From: Octopus vulgaris
Taxonomy: Eukaryota
Direction: 5' to 3'
DNA length: 64,000 bases
Assembly (NCBI GenBank): GCA_951406725.2
Contig: OX597825.1
Location: 66,464,001 to 66,528,000, forward strand
Of the stretch, positions 14,085-27,545 are shown in pieces. A program made the translations under genes and the position numbers. Position 1 is the stretch's first letter. Every line of letters begins with the position of its first letter. The notes beneath the pieces were generated by a model. It was not told the origin of the DNA, searched no databases, and saw only the letters and a program-made list of their open reading frames with translations.

Positions 14085-14976
14085 AATATATAATATATAT
14101 ATATATATATATATCATCTATATACATACCATATATATGCATTGTATGGTTGCACACAGTACGTACACACACTTGTATATATATATATATATATACAGTG
14201 CATATGTACACATTATATATGCATATATATATACATACAGTGCATATGCACACATTATATATGCATATATATATACGATATCACCACAATCTAGTGATTG
14301 AGACAAGTAAAATGATAACACATACATTTATGTATATATTTCAAGCAGAGTTAATCTTGATTCTGTGTCGTTCATGCCTTATCGGAAGCTATTAACTAAA
14401 ACATCTTCACTCACACATTGAACCGACGTGGTAGTCTCTATGGAGAGACAGAAATATTTGTTTAAATATTTCAACTATAATATAGAAATGCTGTCCCTTA
14501 ATACACAACTAAAGCTTATGTATTTGAACGAATAATGTACTTATATGATAATCAGTTCGGTAAACGTATGCAATAAGAAATAGGGTTTTATTCTGCTTAG
14601 GAGAGAATTATAGTTAGAGGATTATGCTACCAGGTATTCTAGTAATGAATTATGATTTATAGGCTGTGACAGCAATGATTTAGCTGCATGAGAACGTAAA
14701 TGATCGATAATTTTAAACTTATTTTGCTGAGTTCTTTAAAACAAGAAATAAACTACTGACATGTTGAAAGCTGCAAATTAGTTTCGATTCATGGTTAAGC
14801 TATCCTGTAAGATTATTAAGTTGCAACAGCTACAGTTCGGTTTTCTAATTGGTGATCATATTATTACTGCTGGAACAAAATTGTGTAAAGTTTGTTGCAT
14901 ATTTCACAACCTCTAGCCCTTCTCCTTTTCGCTACCAACTTTCCGGAGATCGTTTCCTTGGTACTATATCAGACAA

Positions 14977-15207
14977 TAAGGCAGCGAGCTGGCAGAATCG
15001 TTAGCACGCCGGGCGAAATGCTTAGGGGTATTTCATGTATAGTTACGTTCTGAGTTCAAATTCCGCCGAGGTCGACTTTGCCTTTCATCCTTTCGGGGTC
15101 GATTAAATAAGTACGTGTTATGCATTGGGGTCGATGTAATCGATATAATCCCTATGTCTGTCCTTGTTTGTCTCCTCTATGTTTCGCCCTTGTGGGCAAT
15201 AAAGAAT
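14977..15207 (+). mobile_element. SINE family A, full-length monomer
   Basis: tRNA-like head (GGCAGCGAGCTGGCAGAA..GAGTTCAAATTC), core GCCTTTCATCCTTTCGGGGTCGAT..AAGTAC, A-rich tail. Confidence 0.85.
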
Positions 15208-15919
15208 TATATATTAGACACAATATCTTAAACTGATCTAAATTTAAACTTTCCGTGAAAACTTCATGCTAATTTTGTTGCAAATACCAGCTTAATTGTC
15301 CTTTCTATTAAGGCAGAAGGCCAGGAGATTTCTGAAGTACTTGGTCCCCAGTATTTAATTGGTACTAGTTTTATCGATAGCAAAAATATATAACAGCCGT
15401 AGGTTTTCGTGTAATACAACCATTGGCTCTTGATTTTATTTCCTGTTGGCAAATTATCGAAATTTTATCTGCTTTGTATAGTTATAACGTTTTATTAACC
15501 ATTGGTAAATTTATCAGATAGCTACCGTGAGTCGATCGTACATATCCCGTTGCTGGTATTACCACCAAAGCATTAATCATATCTGTGTGACGGTTCTGAT
15601 GTTATATACACACGGACACATAGATATCATAGACTGCATTCAAAGAAAGTCGTCAAACTGACCAGTAAGCAATCTCCTACCAACAAGTTTAAGCCAATCG
15701 CAAATAGATGCCGTGTTTCTTTTCTCTGAATTTTCTACTGTTACTACAATACGTTCAGCTCCCCTGAGAAATTTTTAAATAATGCTTTTAGTTATAAGAA
15801 TGGTTGTTTCATATTTTGGCACAAGGTCAATATGTTAGGGAACGGAATAATCGATTGCGTTGACCCAAGCGCTCAACTTTGACTTCGAAAGGATGAAAGG
15901 CAAAGTTAACTCTGATAGA

Positions 15920-16476
15920 ATCTGGAATTATCGTAAAGAACTGAGAGAAATAGCATCACACCACAAGAGAAACCGTGTCAAAGTATCAGGGACTTATCCA
16001 GAGATGTTTAATAAATCTCAGTCCGATGTGAAAGATCATCTTAAGCATAATGATGTATAGAGAAGAGAAGAGGGTACTTCATGAACTGTGCTCCAAAAAT
16101 AAAGTAGTGCATGCAACAATTTATAAGCATTTACAAATCGGGAATGAACAAAAACTTTTTCGTAATCAAATTGTAACGGGTGATAAGCAATGAATATCTT
16201 ATTCTAACAATAGACGCAAGAAGCAGTGGATAAGGCCATATGAAAATCCAATTCCAACATGCAAACCAGATCTACATTAAAGAAAATTTTGCTGATGCGT
16301 TTTGTGGAATACAATAGGTATTGTTCATTTCGGATTTTTGGAACAAGGGAAAAACATCATTACAGAACTTTATTGCGAAAAACTTTAACACGTCAATCAA
16401 TTTTGCTCAGAAAACAACAAATGACTGCAATCAAGAGAGAGAGAGGGAGAGAGAGAGAGAGAGTGAGAGAGAGAGT

Positions 16477-16510
<34 letters not shown>

Positions 16511-16908
16511 GTAATCCTGCAGCATGTTAACGCAAGCCCACACTAAGTGAAGATAATCCAAAAAAAGATTAATTCTTTAGGATGGGAAGCTCTATCTCAC
16601 CCCCACCCTACTCACCAGACCAAGTACCATCAGATTTTCACTTATTCAGGTCACGCAAATACTTTACAAGAGGAAAAAACATTCAAGTGTAGGAATGATG
16701 TCGAAACGATATTCCAAATATTTTTCTCTTCTAAAAAAAAAACCCCTAAAAGTTTTTGCTGAGGAATCGGAAAACTAGCGTCGAAGTGGGAAACTCTTAG
16801 CGCTAACAATGGCGATTATATACTGAGTGAATAAATCCATTTGTTCTATGTTTTATGCTGATTCGAACTCACCATGTGAAATGCGATATTACTTTTCAGT
16901 ACCCCTAA
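15920..16908 (+). mobile_element. Decayed mariner (DD34D) transposon
   Basis: Remnants VLHEL, IVTGDKQ, KKQW, CVLWNTIGIVHF, VILQHVNASPH, LGWEALSHP; right TIR ...tattacttttcagtacccctaa; (GA)n expansion inside. Confidence 0.8.
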
Positions 16909-16922
16909 CATCAGAGCTTTAG

Positions 16923-17225
16923 TGGAGGCGCAATGGCCCAGTGGTTAGGGCAGCGGACTCACGTTCGTAGGATCGCGCTTTCGATTCCCAGACCGGGCGT
17001 TGTGTGTGTTTATTGAGCGAAAACACCTAAAATCTCCACGAGGCTCCGGCAGGGGGTGGTGGCGACCCCTGTTGTACTCTTTCGCTACAACTTTTTCTCA
17101 CTCTTTCTTCCTATTTCTTGAGTAACGCTGCGATGGACTGGCGTCCCGTCCAGCTGGGGGGAACAAATACGCCACAAAAACCATGAAACCGGGCCCGTGA
17201 GCCTGGCTAGGCTTGAAAAGGGCGA
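16923..17225 (+). mobile_element. SINE family C
   Basis: tRNA head GGAGGCGCAATGGCCCAGTGGTTAGG..TTCGATTCCC; 3' GCGATGGACTGGCGTCCCGTCCAG block. Confidence 0.85.
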
Positions 17226-17693
17226 CGTTTATCGCTTTTTTAACATCAGAGCTTTGCTCCACTCTTCATTTTGATATAATCACATATTTTTAAATGTCGA
17301 CTTTCCTTATGAATCCGTTTTCTTTCACATTTTTGTGAGATTAAATGGGCCCGGGTGTCAACCGCTCAAACGTGATAAAATCATTGTCGAATACACAAAC
17401 ACAAATTTTAAAAAGAAATATGCGGAAAAATCTCGATGAAACAAACTGTTCCACGTGATATATGAAAAGGTAAAATTGCAGAATATAATCAAAGGTATCG
17501 CAAATAAGAATAATACAACAAGAAAAACAATTCAAATTCCTATGACAGAACTAAAATAGTTCTATCATACTACAATTACAAGCCAAATAAAGATTTCATA
17601 CGTGGTTCACACAAGTAAAAAGAAAGAAACGTGGCAGTAGTGTGTTACAAAAGATAGCGTAAACTTGCTTGAAGAATTTATTCAAGAACGAAC

Positions 17694-18108
17694 GAGTAGC
17701 TGTGTGGTAAGTAGGTTGCTTACCAGCCACATGGTCCCGGGTTCAGTCCCATTGCGTGGCACCTTGGGCGAGTGTCTTCTACTATAGCCTCAGGCCGACC
17801 AAAGCCTTGTGAGTGGATTTGGTAGACGAAAACTAGAAGAAACCCATCGTATATGCATATATTTGTATATGTATGTGTGTGTATATGTTTGTGTGTCTGT
17901 GTTTGTCCCCCCCCCCAACATCGTTGGATAACCGATACTGGTGTGTTTACGTCCCCGTCACTTAACGGTTCGGCAAAAGAGACTGATAGAATAAGTACTA
18001 GGTTTACAACGAATAAGCTCTGGGGTCGATTTGCTCGACTAAAGGCGGTGCTCCAGCATGGCCGCAGTCAAATGACTGAAGCAACAAGTAAAAGAGTAAA
18101 AAGAGTAA
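17694..18108 (+). mobile_element. SINE family B
   Basis: Same consensus. Confidence 0.85.
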
Positions 18109-18577
18109 GGCGGAAGTGATATGTCTCTCTGCGTTGCAAAGAACAGAAGGGGCCACTGAAGTGAACAGTTAAGGGAATCTGTTGATGATATGTGCATCCT
18201 TGATAGGCTTTGGCATATGAAAGTCCGTGCCTAGTCTTGAAAACTGAATACGAGGCAAGAAAGCAGGTTGAATTGATGCATCACAAATCGGTGCTGCGAT
18301 ATATGTAAGAACGTAACACGACGAACACAGCAAGAAATATCGATGCTGACATTAACCGTTGACTCATCAACAACTTTGCAATAAAATGCAATTTGGCAGT
18401 GACTACTGGGGGTGGTGTGTACCCAGAATGACATAGTCTTGTGGGTTCTAAATGACGTGCAAGTACTGCTAACTTCTAAAGATTCTCGAGCAATCATAGA
18501 GCTTACTTTATTTTGAGTGCAAATGGAAATGGGATAAAACTGGTATGCCGGGCACAATCAGGGGATATAGCAAATAT

Positions 18578-19286
18578 TTATTTCCTTATTGCCCACAGGG
18601 AGCTAAGCATAGAGGGGACAAACAAGGACAGACAAAAAGATTAAGTCGATTATATCGACCCCAGTGCGTAACTGGTACTTATTTAATCGATTCCGAAAAG
18701 GATGAAAGGCAAAGTCGACCTCGGCGGAATTTGAACTCAGAACGTAGCGGCAGACGAAATACCTATTTCTTTTCTACCCACAAGGGGCTAAACACAGAGG
18801 AGACAAACAAGGACAAACAAACGGATTAAGTCCGATTATATCGACCCCAGTGCGTAACTGGTATTTATTTAATCGATTCGGAAAAGGATGAAAGGCAAAG
18901 TCGACCTCGGCGGAATTTGAACTCAGAACGTAGCGGCAGACGAAATACCTATTTCTTTTCTACCCACAAGTGGCTAAACACAGAGGAGACAAACAAGGAC
19001 AAACAAACGGATTAAGTCGATTATATCGACCCCAGTGCGTAACTGGTACTTATTTAATCGACCCCCGTCTGTACTTGTTTGTCCTCTGTGTGTTTAGTCC
19101 CTTGTGGGTAGTAAAGAAATAGGTATTTCGTCTGTCTTAATGTTCTTAGTTTAAATTCCGCCGAGGTCGACTTTGCCTTTCATCGTTCGGGGTCGATAAA
19201 TTTTTGTATCCATGAAACACTGGGGTCAATGTAACCGACTAGTTCCCTCCCATCAAATTCCAGGCCTTGTGTCCATAGTAGAAACG

Positions 19287-19290
<4 letters not shown>
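18578..19290. mobile_element. SINE family A tandem array (-) directly followed by inverted copies (+) ending in (ATT)n
   Basis: ~185-bp units at 18578-19065; orientation switches at ~19066. Confidence 0.85.
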
Positions 19291-19359
<69 letters not shown>

Positions 19360-19406
19360 TTATTATTATTTTTATTATTACTATTACTATTATTATTATA
19401 ATAATA

Positions 19407-19503
<97 letters not shown>
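19286..19503. repeat. (ATT)n microsatellite extending a SINE tail
   Basis: Directly visible. Confidence 0.95.
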
Positions 19504-19504
<1 letters not shown>

Positions 19505-20310
19505 CGCTTGAATCGCGATATCAACACTCATGTTCTTATTTTCTATTCATCACATCTTTCTCATTAGAGACAGGGAGCGGTTGTTGAGATGAGAAGAAAT
19601 ATTTCCGTTTAGCTATATTTATTTTTTGTACCGTTTTCTCTTTTTTTTTTTTTTATATATATTTTCATTTTCATCCTTTCTCTTTCTTAATCTTAGAATC
19701 TCAATTCTGGAGAGGATTACACCGAATATCATGGATTTCTGTTTTTATTATGCTAATTTTCATTCTTTTTTTTTTTTTTTTTCTCTTTTGCTATTTTTGC
19801 TTTTATTTACTTCTGAATTGCTTTGGTTGAAGATTGAAATCTCAAAAGTAGCAAAGCCACTAAAACGGAAACGAAAAACAAGAATTATTTTGTTTGTAGT
19901 AGTAAGAGATAAAATCTGAAACATACTTTAATATAACTGTTTGCCGTTTACCGCCCTACACGAAACATATATTTTCAGTTAGACTACTCTCAGTGGGTCA
20001 ATACCTTATTTGAAAGTCATGTAAATTATGGGGTTTATACTGAATTTGTTGAACCATTGGTCAACTCTTACAAAGCAGAAATAGAATCAAAAGAGTCCCT
20101 GCCGCAATTATACAACAGTCATTTCTTTTTCTGAGTATTAGTTATAGAACTCTATTTCGCCGGGGTCGATAAAATAAGTACTAATTAAAACTGGGGTCGA
20201 TGTCATCGAATTATCTTCGCCCTTAAGATTGCTGGCCTAGTACTAAAATTTGAGACCATTATTTATAGAGCTGTAAGGCAGCCAGCTGTTAGAATCGTTA
20301 CACAAAATTG

Positions 20311-20935
20311 AGGCGGCGAGCTGGCAGAAACGTTAGCACGCCGGGCGAAATGTTTAGCGGTATTTCGTCTGCCGCTACGTTCTGAGTTCAAATTCCGCCG
20401 AGGTCGACTTTGCCTTTCATCCTTTCGGGGTCGATAAATTAAGTACCAGTTGCGCACTGGGGTCGATGTAATCGACTTAATCCAGTTGTCTGTCCTTGTT
20501 TCTCCCTCCCCTCTGTGTTTAGCCCATTGAGGGTAGTAAAAAAATAGGTATTTCGTCTACCGCTACGTTCTGAGTTCAAATTCCGCCGAGGTCGACTTTG
20601 CCTTTCATCGTTTCGGGGTCGATAAATTAAGTACCAGTTACGCACTGGGGTCGATGTAATCGACTTAATACCTATGTCTGTCCTTGTTTGTCCCCTCTAT
20701 GTTTAGCCCCTTGTGGGTAATAAAGAAATAGGTATTTCGTCTGCCGTTACGTTGTGAGTTCAAATTCTGCCGAGGTCGACTTTGGCCTTCATCGTTTCGG
20801 GGCCGATAAATTAAGTACCAGTTACGCACTGGGGTCGATACAATCGACTTAATCCAGTTGTCTGTCCTTGTTTGTCCTCTCTGTGTTTATCCCCTTGTGG
20901 GTAGTAAAGAAATAGGTATTTCGTCTGCCGTTACA
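20311..20935 (+). mobile_element. SINE family A trimer (one head, three bodies)
   Basis: Unit junction AAA(G/A)AAATA|GGTATTTCGTCT at 20547, 20731 and 20915. Confidence 0.9.
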
Positions 20936-21144
20936 AAGCATTGCTGCAGCCACCTTTCGCTCCGTTAAGCCATGAAGATTTCTTCTGCTGAATCCACCGA
21001 ATTACATTTTTGTCGGTAAATAAAAGGCGACATCAACCTAGACAGGATTTGAACTCGGAACATAAAAGGATGGAAGTAAATGTCGGTTTCAAATTTTGGC
21101 ACAAGGTCAGCAATTTTGTGGGGAAGGGGTAAGTCGATTCTAAA

Positions 21145-21426
21145 GACTCCGCCGGTTACGACGACGAGGGTCCCAGCTGATACGATCAACGGAACAGTTT
21201 GCTCGTGAAATTAACGTGTAAATGGCTGAGCATTCCACAGACACGTGTACCCTTAACGTAGTTCTCGGGGATAATCAGCGTGACACAGAGAGTGACAAGG
21301 CTGACCCTTTGAAATACAAGTACAACTCATTTTTGCCAGCTGAGTGGACTGGAGCAACGTGAAATAAAGTGTCTTGCTCAAGGACACAACGCCGAATGCC
21401 CTAACCACTAAGCCACGCGCCCTCAC
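21145..21426 (-). mobile_element. SINE family E
   Basis: tRNA head GCGCGTGGCTTAGTGGTTAGG; core GTGTCCTTGAGCAAGACACTTTATTTCACGTTGCTCCAG shared with family D. Confidence 0.8.
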
Positions 21427-22808
21427 GGTAAGTCGATTACTTCAACCTCAAAGCTCAACGGTACACATTTTATCAACCATAAAAATACGAAAGGTAATGT
21501 CGACCTCGGTAGAGTAATGTGACTAGATACTGATTTAAAATTTTGGCACAAGGCCAGGAATTTCAAGGGTGTGAGTCGATTATATCAATCGCAGTACTCA
21601 GCTAGTACTTATTTTATCGACCCTGGAAGAATGAGAGGCAAAGTGGATCTCGGCAGAATTTGAACGCAGAACGTAAAGACGGACGAATGTAACTAAATAT
21701 TGCAAAGCATTTGTCCAACGCTCTTACGAATTGAATTTTCCAATCCATCGATTTAATTGATCTCCACTACATTTTAAAATTATAACCATTTAGGCATCAC
21801 GTGTATTTTGACTTTAAAAACAAAGCATCTTTAAAGCAGAAGAGTTAATTCAATAGTTTTACATTTCAATGTGACACAAATCTGACGGTTAATTCAATGT
21901 CACAAAAAGTCAAACCACCGTGTTAAAACAAAATGTTATGAATTGTCACAACCATTTACGAACAACAACATCAACGGATGAATAACAAAATATGTTACTG
22001 TATTCATTACGTAAAGCGCCACATTACACTACTGATAAGAATAAAAACTATGCTTCAGTGTGGCAGATTTGTTCACTGTTGCTAACGAACCTAACTTAAA
22101 TAAGCCAAAATTTCCTTCAATTTAAAAGTAGATAAGGCGGTATTCTGGCAGAATCGTTAGCACGCCGGGCAAAATGCTTAGCAGTATTTCGTTCATTTTT
22201 ACGCTCTGAGTTCAAATTCCGCTGAGGTTCACTTTGCCTTTCACCTTTCGGGATCGATAAAATAAGTACCAGTTGAACACTGGATCGATATAATTGATTT
22301 ATCCCTATTATATTTTAATATCGAAAGCAATATTTTGGCACAAGGACAACATGTTAGTGGAAAGGATAATTGATTGTATCAGCCCCAGTGCTTAACGAAA
22401 GGACGAAAGGCAAAGTTGACTCTTTATATTGAAACCAATATAAAGAGAGTAGATAAGTAAGTTAGTATTAATGTATGTAATGGGTGGAACATTAAAGCTA
22501 ATTAGAACTAATTAATTCGTGAGGTAAAAACATTTGTTCACTGATTAGGATTATTTTAATTATTTTTACTAGACGGGAAGAGAGTTTAGCCATCATTCGG
22601 TCTTGTTACACTTCCTCATCAAAGAACAGACTTACTTCAACCAACTAAAACATCGGATGACAGACGAGAGATTTTCTAAGAGAACCTACAATACTGTATC
22701 TTTACAGGATTCTTGTTGTGACCCCCTTCGGTCATGAATGACCATGGGATTGCACCTAGAAAGTTACCCTCCGAGGCACAAGTCTGAGCAAGTTGTTTAT
22801 GAAAGACC

Positions 22809-23040
22809 TATTTCCGTACTACCCACAAGGAGCTAAACACAGATAGGACAAACATGGACAGACAAACGGATTAAGTCGGTTACATCGACCCCAGTGCGTA
22901 ACTGGTACTTATTTAATCGACCCCTAAAGGATGAAAGGCAAAGTCGACCTCGGCGGAATTTGAACTCAGAACGTAACGGCAGACGAAATACCGCTAAGTA
23001 TTTCGCCCGGCGTGCTAACGTTTCTGCCAGCTCGCCGCCT
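22809..23040 (-). mobile_element. SINE family A inserted into a family D SINE, with TSD
   Basis: TSD TGTTTATGAAAGACC at 22794-22808 and 23041-23055. Confidence 0.9.
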
Positions 23041-23216
23041 TGTTTATGAAAGACCAGCAATTGTCAACGCATACCGGTCTCCCTTCTCCACGCCACCGAT
23101 GTTATCCAAAGGAAAGGCAAAGACCGATACAGCTTGGCACCAGTGACGTCGCAGCTCATTTATTAACATGCAAGTGGTTGAGCACTCCACAGACACGTGT
23201 ACCCATAACACTGCTG

Positions 23217-23548
23217 AGACTCCCTTCGATAATGACTGACCATGGGATTGCACCTAGAAAGTTACCCTCCCAGGCACAAGTCCGGGCAAGGTTCTTTATG
23301 GAAGACCAGGAGTCACCCATGCATACCAGCCTCTCCTCCCTTCACTACCGATGTTATCCAAGGGAAAGGCAAAGGCAGATACAGCTTGGCACCTGTGATG
23401 TCGCAACTCATTTCTACAGCTGAGTGAACTGGAGCAACGTGAAATGAAGTGCCTTGCTCAAGAACACAACACACGACTCGATCCGGGATTCGAACTCACA
23501 ATGTCACGATCGTAAGATCGACGCTCTAACGCTGAGCCATGCGCCTTT
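23217..23548 (-). mobile_element. SINE family D, full length, directly downstream of the 5.8S copy
   Basis: Head GGCGCATGGCTCAGCGTTAGAGCG..GTTCGAATCCC; tail ..TCTAGGTGCAATCCCATGGTCA..GAAGGG. Confidence 0.85.
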
Positions 23549-23557
23549 ACAAAAGGA

Positions 23558-23711
23558 ACAGCCTCTCAACCGGACGGGGCCCCAGAACGATGGGATCCCG
23601 GGGCCGCAATGTGCGTTCGAGGTGTCGATGTTCACTGAGTCCTGCAATTCACATCAGTTCACGCGGATAGCCGCGCTCTTCATCGACGGGCGAGCCGAGT
23701 GAGCCCCCGCC
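23558..23711 (-). rRNA. Orphan 5.8S rRNA copy (pseudogene), slightly 5'-truncated
   Basis: Minus strand reads TCACTCGGCTCGCCCGTCGATGAAGAGCGCGGC...GTGAATTGCAGGACTCAGTGAACATCGACACCTCGAACGCACATTGCGGCCCCGGG, i.e. the conserved 5.8S motifs in order. No 18S/28S or ITS context. Confidence 0.9.
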
Positions 23712-24792
23712 CACACACACGCACACACACATATAGATATGTATATATATAAATGACGGACTTCTTTCAGCTTCCGTCGACTTATCCACTAACATGACTG
23801 TGGTGGGCCTGAGGCTTTAGTTGAAGACAGTTTTCTAAGGTGCCACGCAGCGGAACTGAACTCGGAATAGTGCGGTTGAGAAGAAAACTTCTTACCTCAT
23901 AGTTACCTCAGTGCCTTTGAAAATCCTTTGTATTTAGTATATGCGAACGGAGACCACAAATGCTCCTCCCAGATTCCATTGTTTTCTTAGTCATTAATCG
24001 AGCAAAACTTGAGTTTTAAATCCAAAAACTTAGAATAATACGTTTGTCGCTAAGCACAGGCTGCTGTAACTAGAATGTCGCTTTGATTTGATTGCTTTAA
24101 TTCCTTGTTGTCGATCCGTACTGAGTCTATTAAAATTGCAAACCAGCAGCAATAACAATACCAATACCAATAAGCTATATATATATGTATGTGGAGACAT
24201 ATGGCCTAGTGGTTAGAGCAGCGGACTCGAGGTCGAGGGATCGCGGGTTAGAATCTCAGCTCCACGTGGCTCCGGCAGAAGGTAATGGCGAAATTCTGCG
24301 AGCCAGGCGTGGCTCGAGAAGGAACAAAGAATATATGTGTATAGGCGCACGCGTGGCTGTGTGGTAAGAAGCTTGCTTTCCAACCACATGGTTCGGTGTT
24401 CAACTGTGTGGCACCTAGGGCAAGTGTCTCCTTTTATAGCCTCGGGCCGACCAAAGACTTGTGAGTGGATTTGGTAGACGGAAGCTGGGGATTATTTGGG
24501 GGAGTATTAACGACCTTCGGCTTACACTGACGTTGGTTACTTTTGTATTAGACAAGCATTAGACAACAGATGAAGGAGAGTGAGTATTGAACAATCGTTA
24601 TTTTTCGAAATGTAGATGTTCTATGTATGTATGTATGTATGTATGTATGTATGTATGTATGTATGTATGTATGTATGTATGTATGTATGTATGTATGTAT
24701 GTATGTATGTATGTATGTATGTATGTATGTATGTATGTATGTACGTATATATGTATGCATGTACGTACATATGTATGTATGTATGTATTTAT

Positions 24793-24866
<74 letters not shown>

Positions 24867-24970
24867 AAATATACTTCGATTTAATAAACAGAAACAGCTG
24901 GAAATGGAAGTGAAAGTAAGTGTAATTTTAAGTTCAGTCATCTGTTAGAGGAACGAAACCAGAAATATAT

Positions 24971-25004
24971 TTGACGTTTCGAGCTTAAGCTCTTCTTCAG
25001 AAGG
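24971..25004 (-). ncRNA. Minimal hammerhead motif
   Basis: cctt-CTGAAGA-agagcttaagctc-GAAAC-GTC-aaat; core intact, stem I weak. Confidence 0.55.
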
Positions 25005-25424
25005 TCAGACACTGAAGTATTGAGAAAGGAAGAAAGCACAGTAATGCGGAATTGAGTTTTAGTGTATGTGAAAACATGTTGAGAATGGTTAGCATAAAAT
25101 GACCGGGAGCGAACAGTTAGGAAAGCGGTTTGATACATTTGAGTATGGGTGTATGTGTGTGTGTATAGTACTTATCTGCAACAGTTTGAGCGTAGGTTTT
25201 CAATATATACGTGGTGGAAGTGTGCAGAGACTTTTTAAATTGTGCGTTGTCAAACGGAGTTATTTTCTCATAACTAAAGTTTTCATGCGATTGACATTAT
25301 TGTGCTGTACGAAGTTGTTTTAGGTATTCAAGAAGTGTATTAGATATGCATATTAAGTATCAGGCAAGAACATTGAGCTGGCGATAAAAAAACTGAGTGT
25401 TCGTTTCAGACAATTTCAATACCG

Positions 25425-25600
25425 AGTCAACTAAAACTCAATAAAAGCACAGTATTGAGCAACTAAAACCCAGTGTGAGTTCAACCAAAGCTGAGTCTCG
25501 GATCAATCAATACTCAGTATTGAATCAATGAAAGCTCAGTTTTGGATCAATGAAAGGTCAGTGTTGTGTCAACCAAAGCTCAGTGTTTACCCAATGAAAG
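25425..25600 (+). repeat. Degenerate ~21-bp minisatellite, ~8 units
   Basis: Unit TCAAYSAAAGCTCAGTNTTGR. Confidence 0.75.
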
Positions 25601-26650
25601 GCAAAATCGACTTCGGCAGAATTTAAACACAGAAGGTAAAGCTAGAATATATCCCTCTGAGCATTTTGCCCGGCGTGCTAACGATTCTGCCAGCTCGTCG
25701 CCTGAATATATGCTAAATATATGCGAGTTGCAGTATCGGTTAAAATCATTGTTTTCCCTTTGTTTCCAAGTTCGAACCCCACCGTCATTCACTTCCACTT
25801 TATACTCTTTTCGGATCGATAATATAAGTATCAATGAAACAATCTTTTCTACTATTGGCACAAGACCTGAAATTTTGGGGTTGGGGAGTAGTCGATTACA
25901 TCAGCCCCCCCCCTGTGCGTAACTGACACTTGTTTCATCGACCCGGAAAGGATGAAAAGCAAAGTCGACCTCGGCGGAAATTTGAACTCAGAACGTATGG
26001 ACGGACGAAATACAGCTTAGTATTTTGCCCGGCGTGCTAATGTTTCTTTTCTTGTCTACTCTTGGCACAAGGCCCGAAATTTTTGGGGAGGGGTCCTGTC
26101 GATTAGATCGAGCCCAGTACGCAACTGGTACTTTAATCTATCGACGCCGAAAGGATGAAAGGCAAAGTTGACCACGGCGGAATTTGTACTCAGCAAGTAA
26201 GGACGGACGAAAAACAGCTGAGCATTTTCCCCGGTGTGCTAACGATTCTTATTTCTTTATTGCCCTCAAGGGGCTAAACATAGAGGGGACAAACAAGGAC
26301 AGACAAAGGGATTAAGTCGATTATAACTGGTACTTAATTTATCGATCCCGAAAGGATGAAAGGCAAAGTCGACCTCGGCGGAATTTGAACTCAGAACGTA
26401 ACTGCAGACGAAATACCTATTTCTTTATTACCCACAAGGAGCTAAACACAGAGGGGACAAACAAGGACAGATATAGGTATTAAGTCGATTACATCGACCC
26501 CAGTGCGTAACTGGTACTTAATTTATCGACCCCGAAAGGATGAAAGGCAAAGTCGACCTCGGCGGAATTTGAACTCAGAACGTAACGGCAGACGAAATAC
26601 CGCTAAGCATTTCGCCCGGCGTGCTAACGATTCTGCAAGTTCGCCACCTT
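25595..26650 (-). mobile_element. Cluster of nested and tandem family A SINEs
   Basis: Five recurrences of GATGAAAGGCAAAGTCGACCTCGGCGGAATTTGAACTCAG-like sequence. Confidence 0.85.
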
Positions 26651-27199
26651 AGTATATGTTAAATATTTATGAGTTGCAGTATCGGTTACAGTCACTGCTT
26701 TTCTATTGTTTCCAAGTTCGAACCCCGCCGTTCTTTCGTTTTCAATTTATTCTCTTTTCAGATCGATAATAGTAGTATCAATCAAATAATAAGGTTCCAT
26801 TTGATCATCAAAGTTATGTTTTCCAAACATTTTTCTATTGTATCAATGTTAAAAATCAATATGTTTCTACAGGAATTCGTGCTTCTTTCGAAACCAAGTT
26901 TTGTTTCTCTCGCCTTTGTAATTATTATTCTTCCATTTAAACAAAAGTAAAATATTGTTGTTGTTGTTGTTGTAGTAGGATGATATAATAAAATGCATGA
27001 ACAAACGACATGCATTAATCAACAATTTAAATTATCCTGTCATAATTAAAATTAACAATGGATTGAACTTTTTTTTTTCTTTTTTTTTACTTATTAAACT
27101 TTTAACTCACACCGTTTTCTCGTGGGTGTGATGGGATGGATTCCAGTCATTCTAGTCGGATCCACCCATTTAGCTGAAGAGCGGCGACAAGTTAAACCG

Positions 27200-27262
27200 C
27201 CTACTTACTACTACTACTACTATCACTACTACTACTACTACAACCACTACTACTACTGCTGA

Positions 27263-27305
<43 letters not shown>

Positions 27306-27315
27306 GCTGCTGCTG

Positions 27316-27362
<47 letters not shown>

Positions 27363-27366
27363 GATA

Positions 27367-27404
<38 letters not shown>

Positions 27405-27494
27405 ACTACTGCTGCTACTACTACTACTACTACTATCACCACCACTACTGTTGCTGCTTCTCCTCATGCCACCGACACCACCACCACCACCATC

Positions 27495-27544
<50 letters not shown>

Positions 27545-27545
27545 A
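27200..27545. repeat. (CTA)n/(CTG)n/(CCA)n trinucleotide array
   Basis: Directly visible. Confidence 0.95.

Noticed and set aside
16923-17000. tRNA-like sequences at SINE heads
   Set aside because: A/B boxes are present but they continue into SINE bodies and lack intact cloverleafs; not called as tRNA genes.
18578-20935. Regularly spaced repeats resembling a CRISPR array
   Set aside because: Whole units repeat with no unique spacers; they are SINE multimers in a eukaryote.
23454-23702. 82-aa GC-rich ORF
   Set aside because: It is the antisense reading of the 5.8S rRNA copy and SINE head.
27130-27170. Hairpin ATGGGATGGATTC..GGATCCACCCAT as a pre-miRNA
   Set aside because: Stem only ~13 bp, too short.
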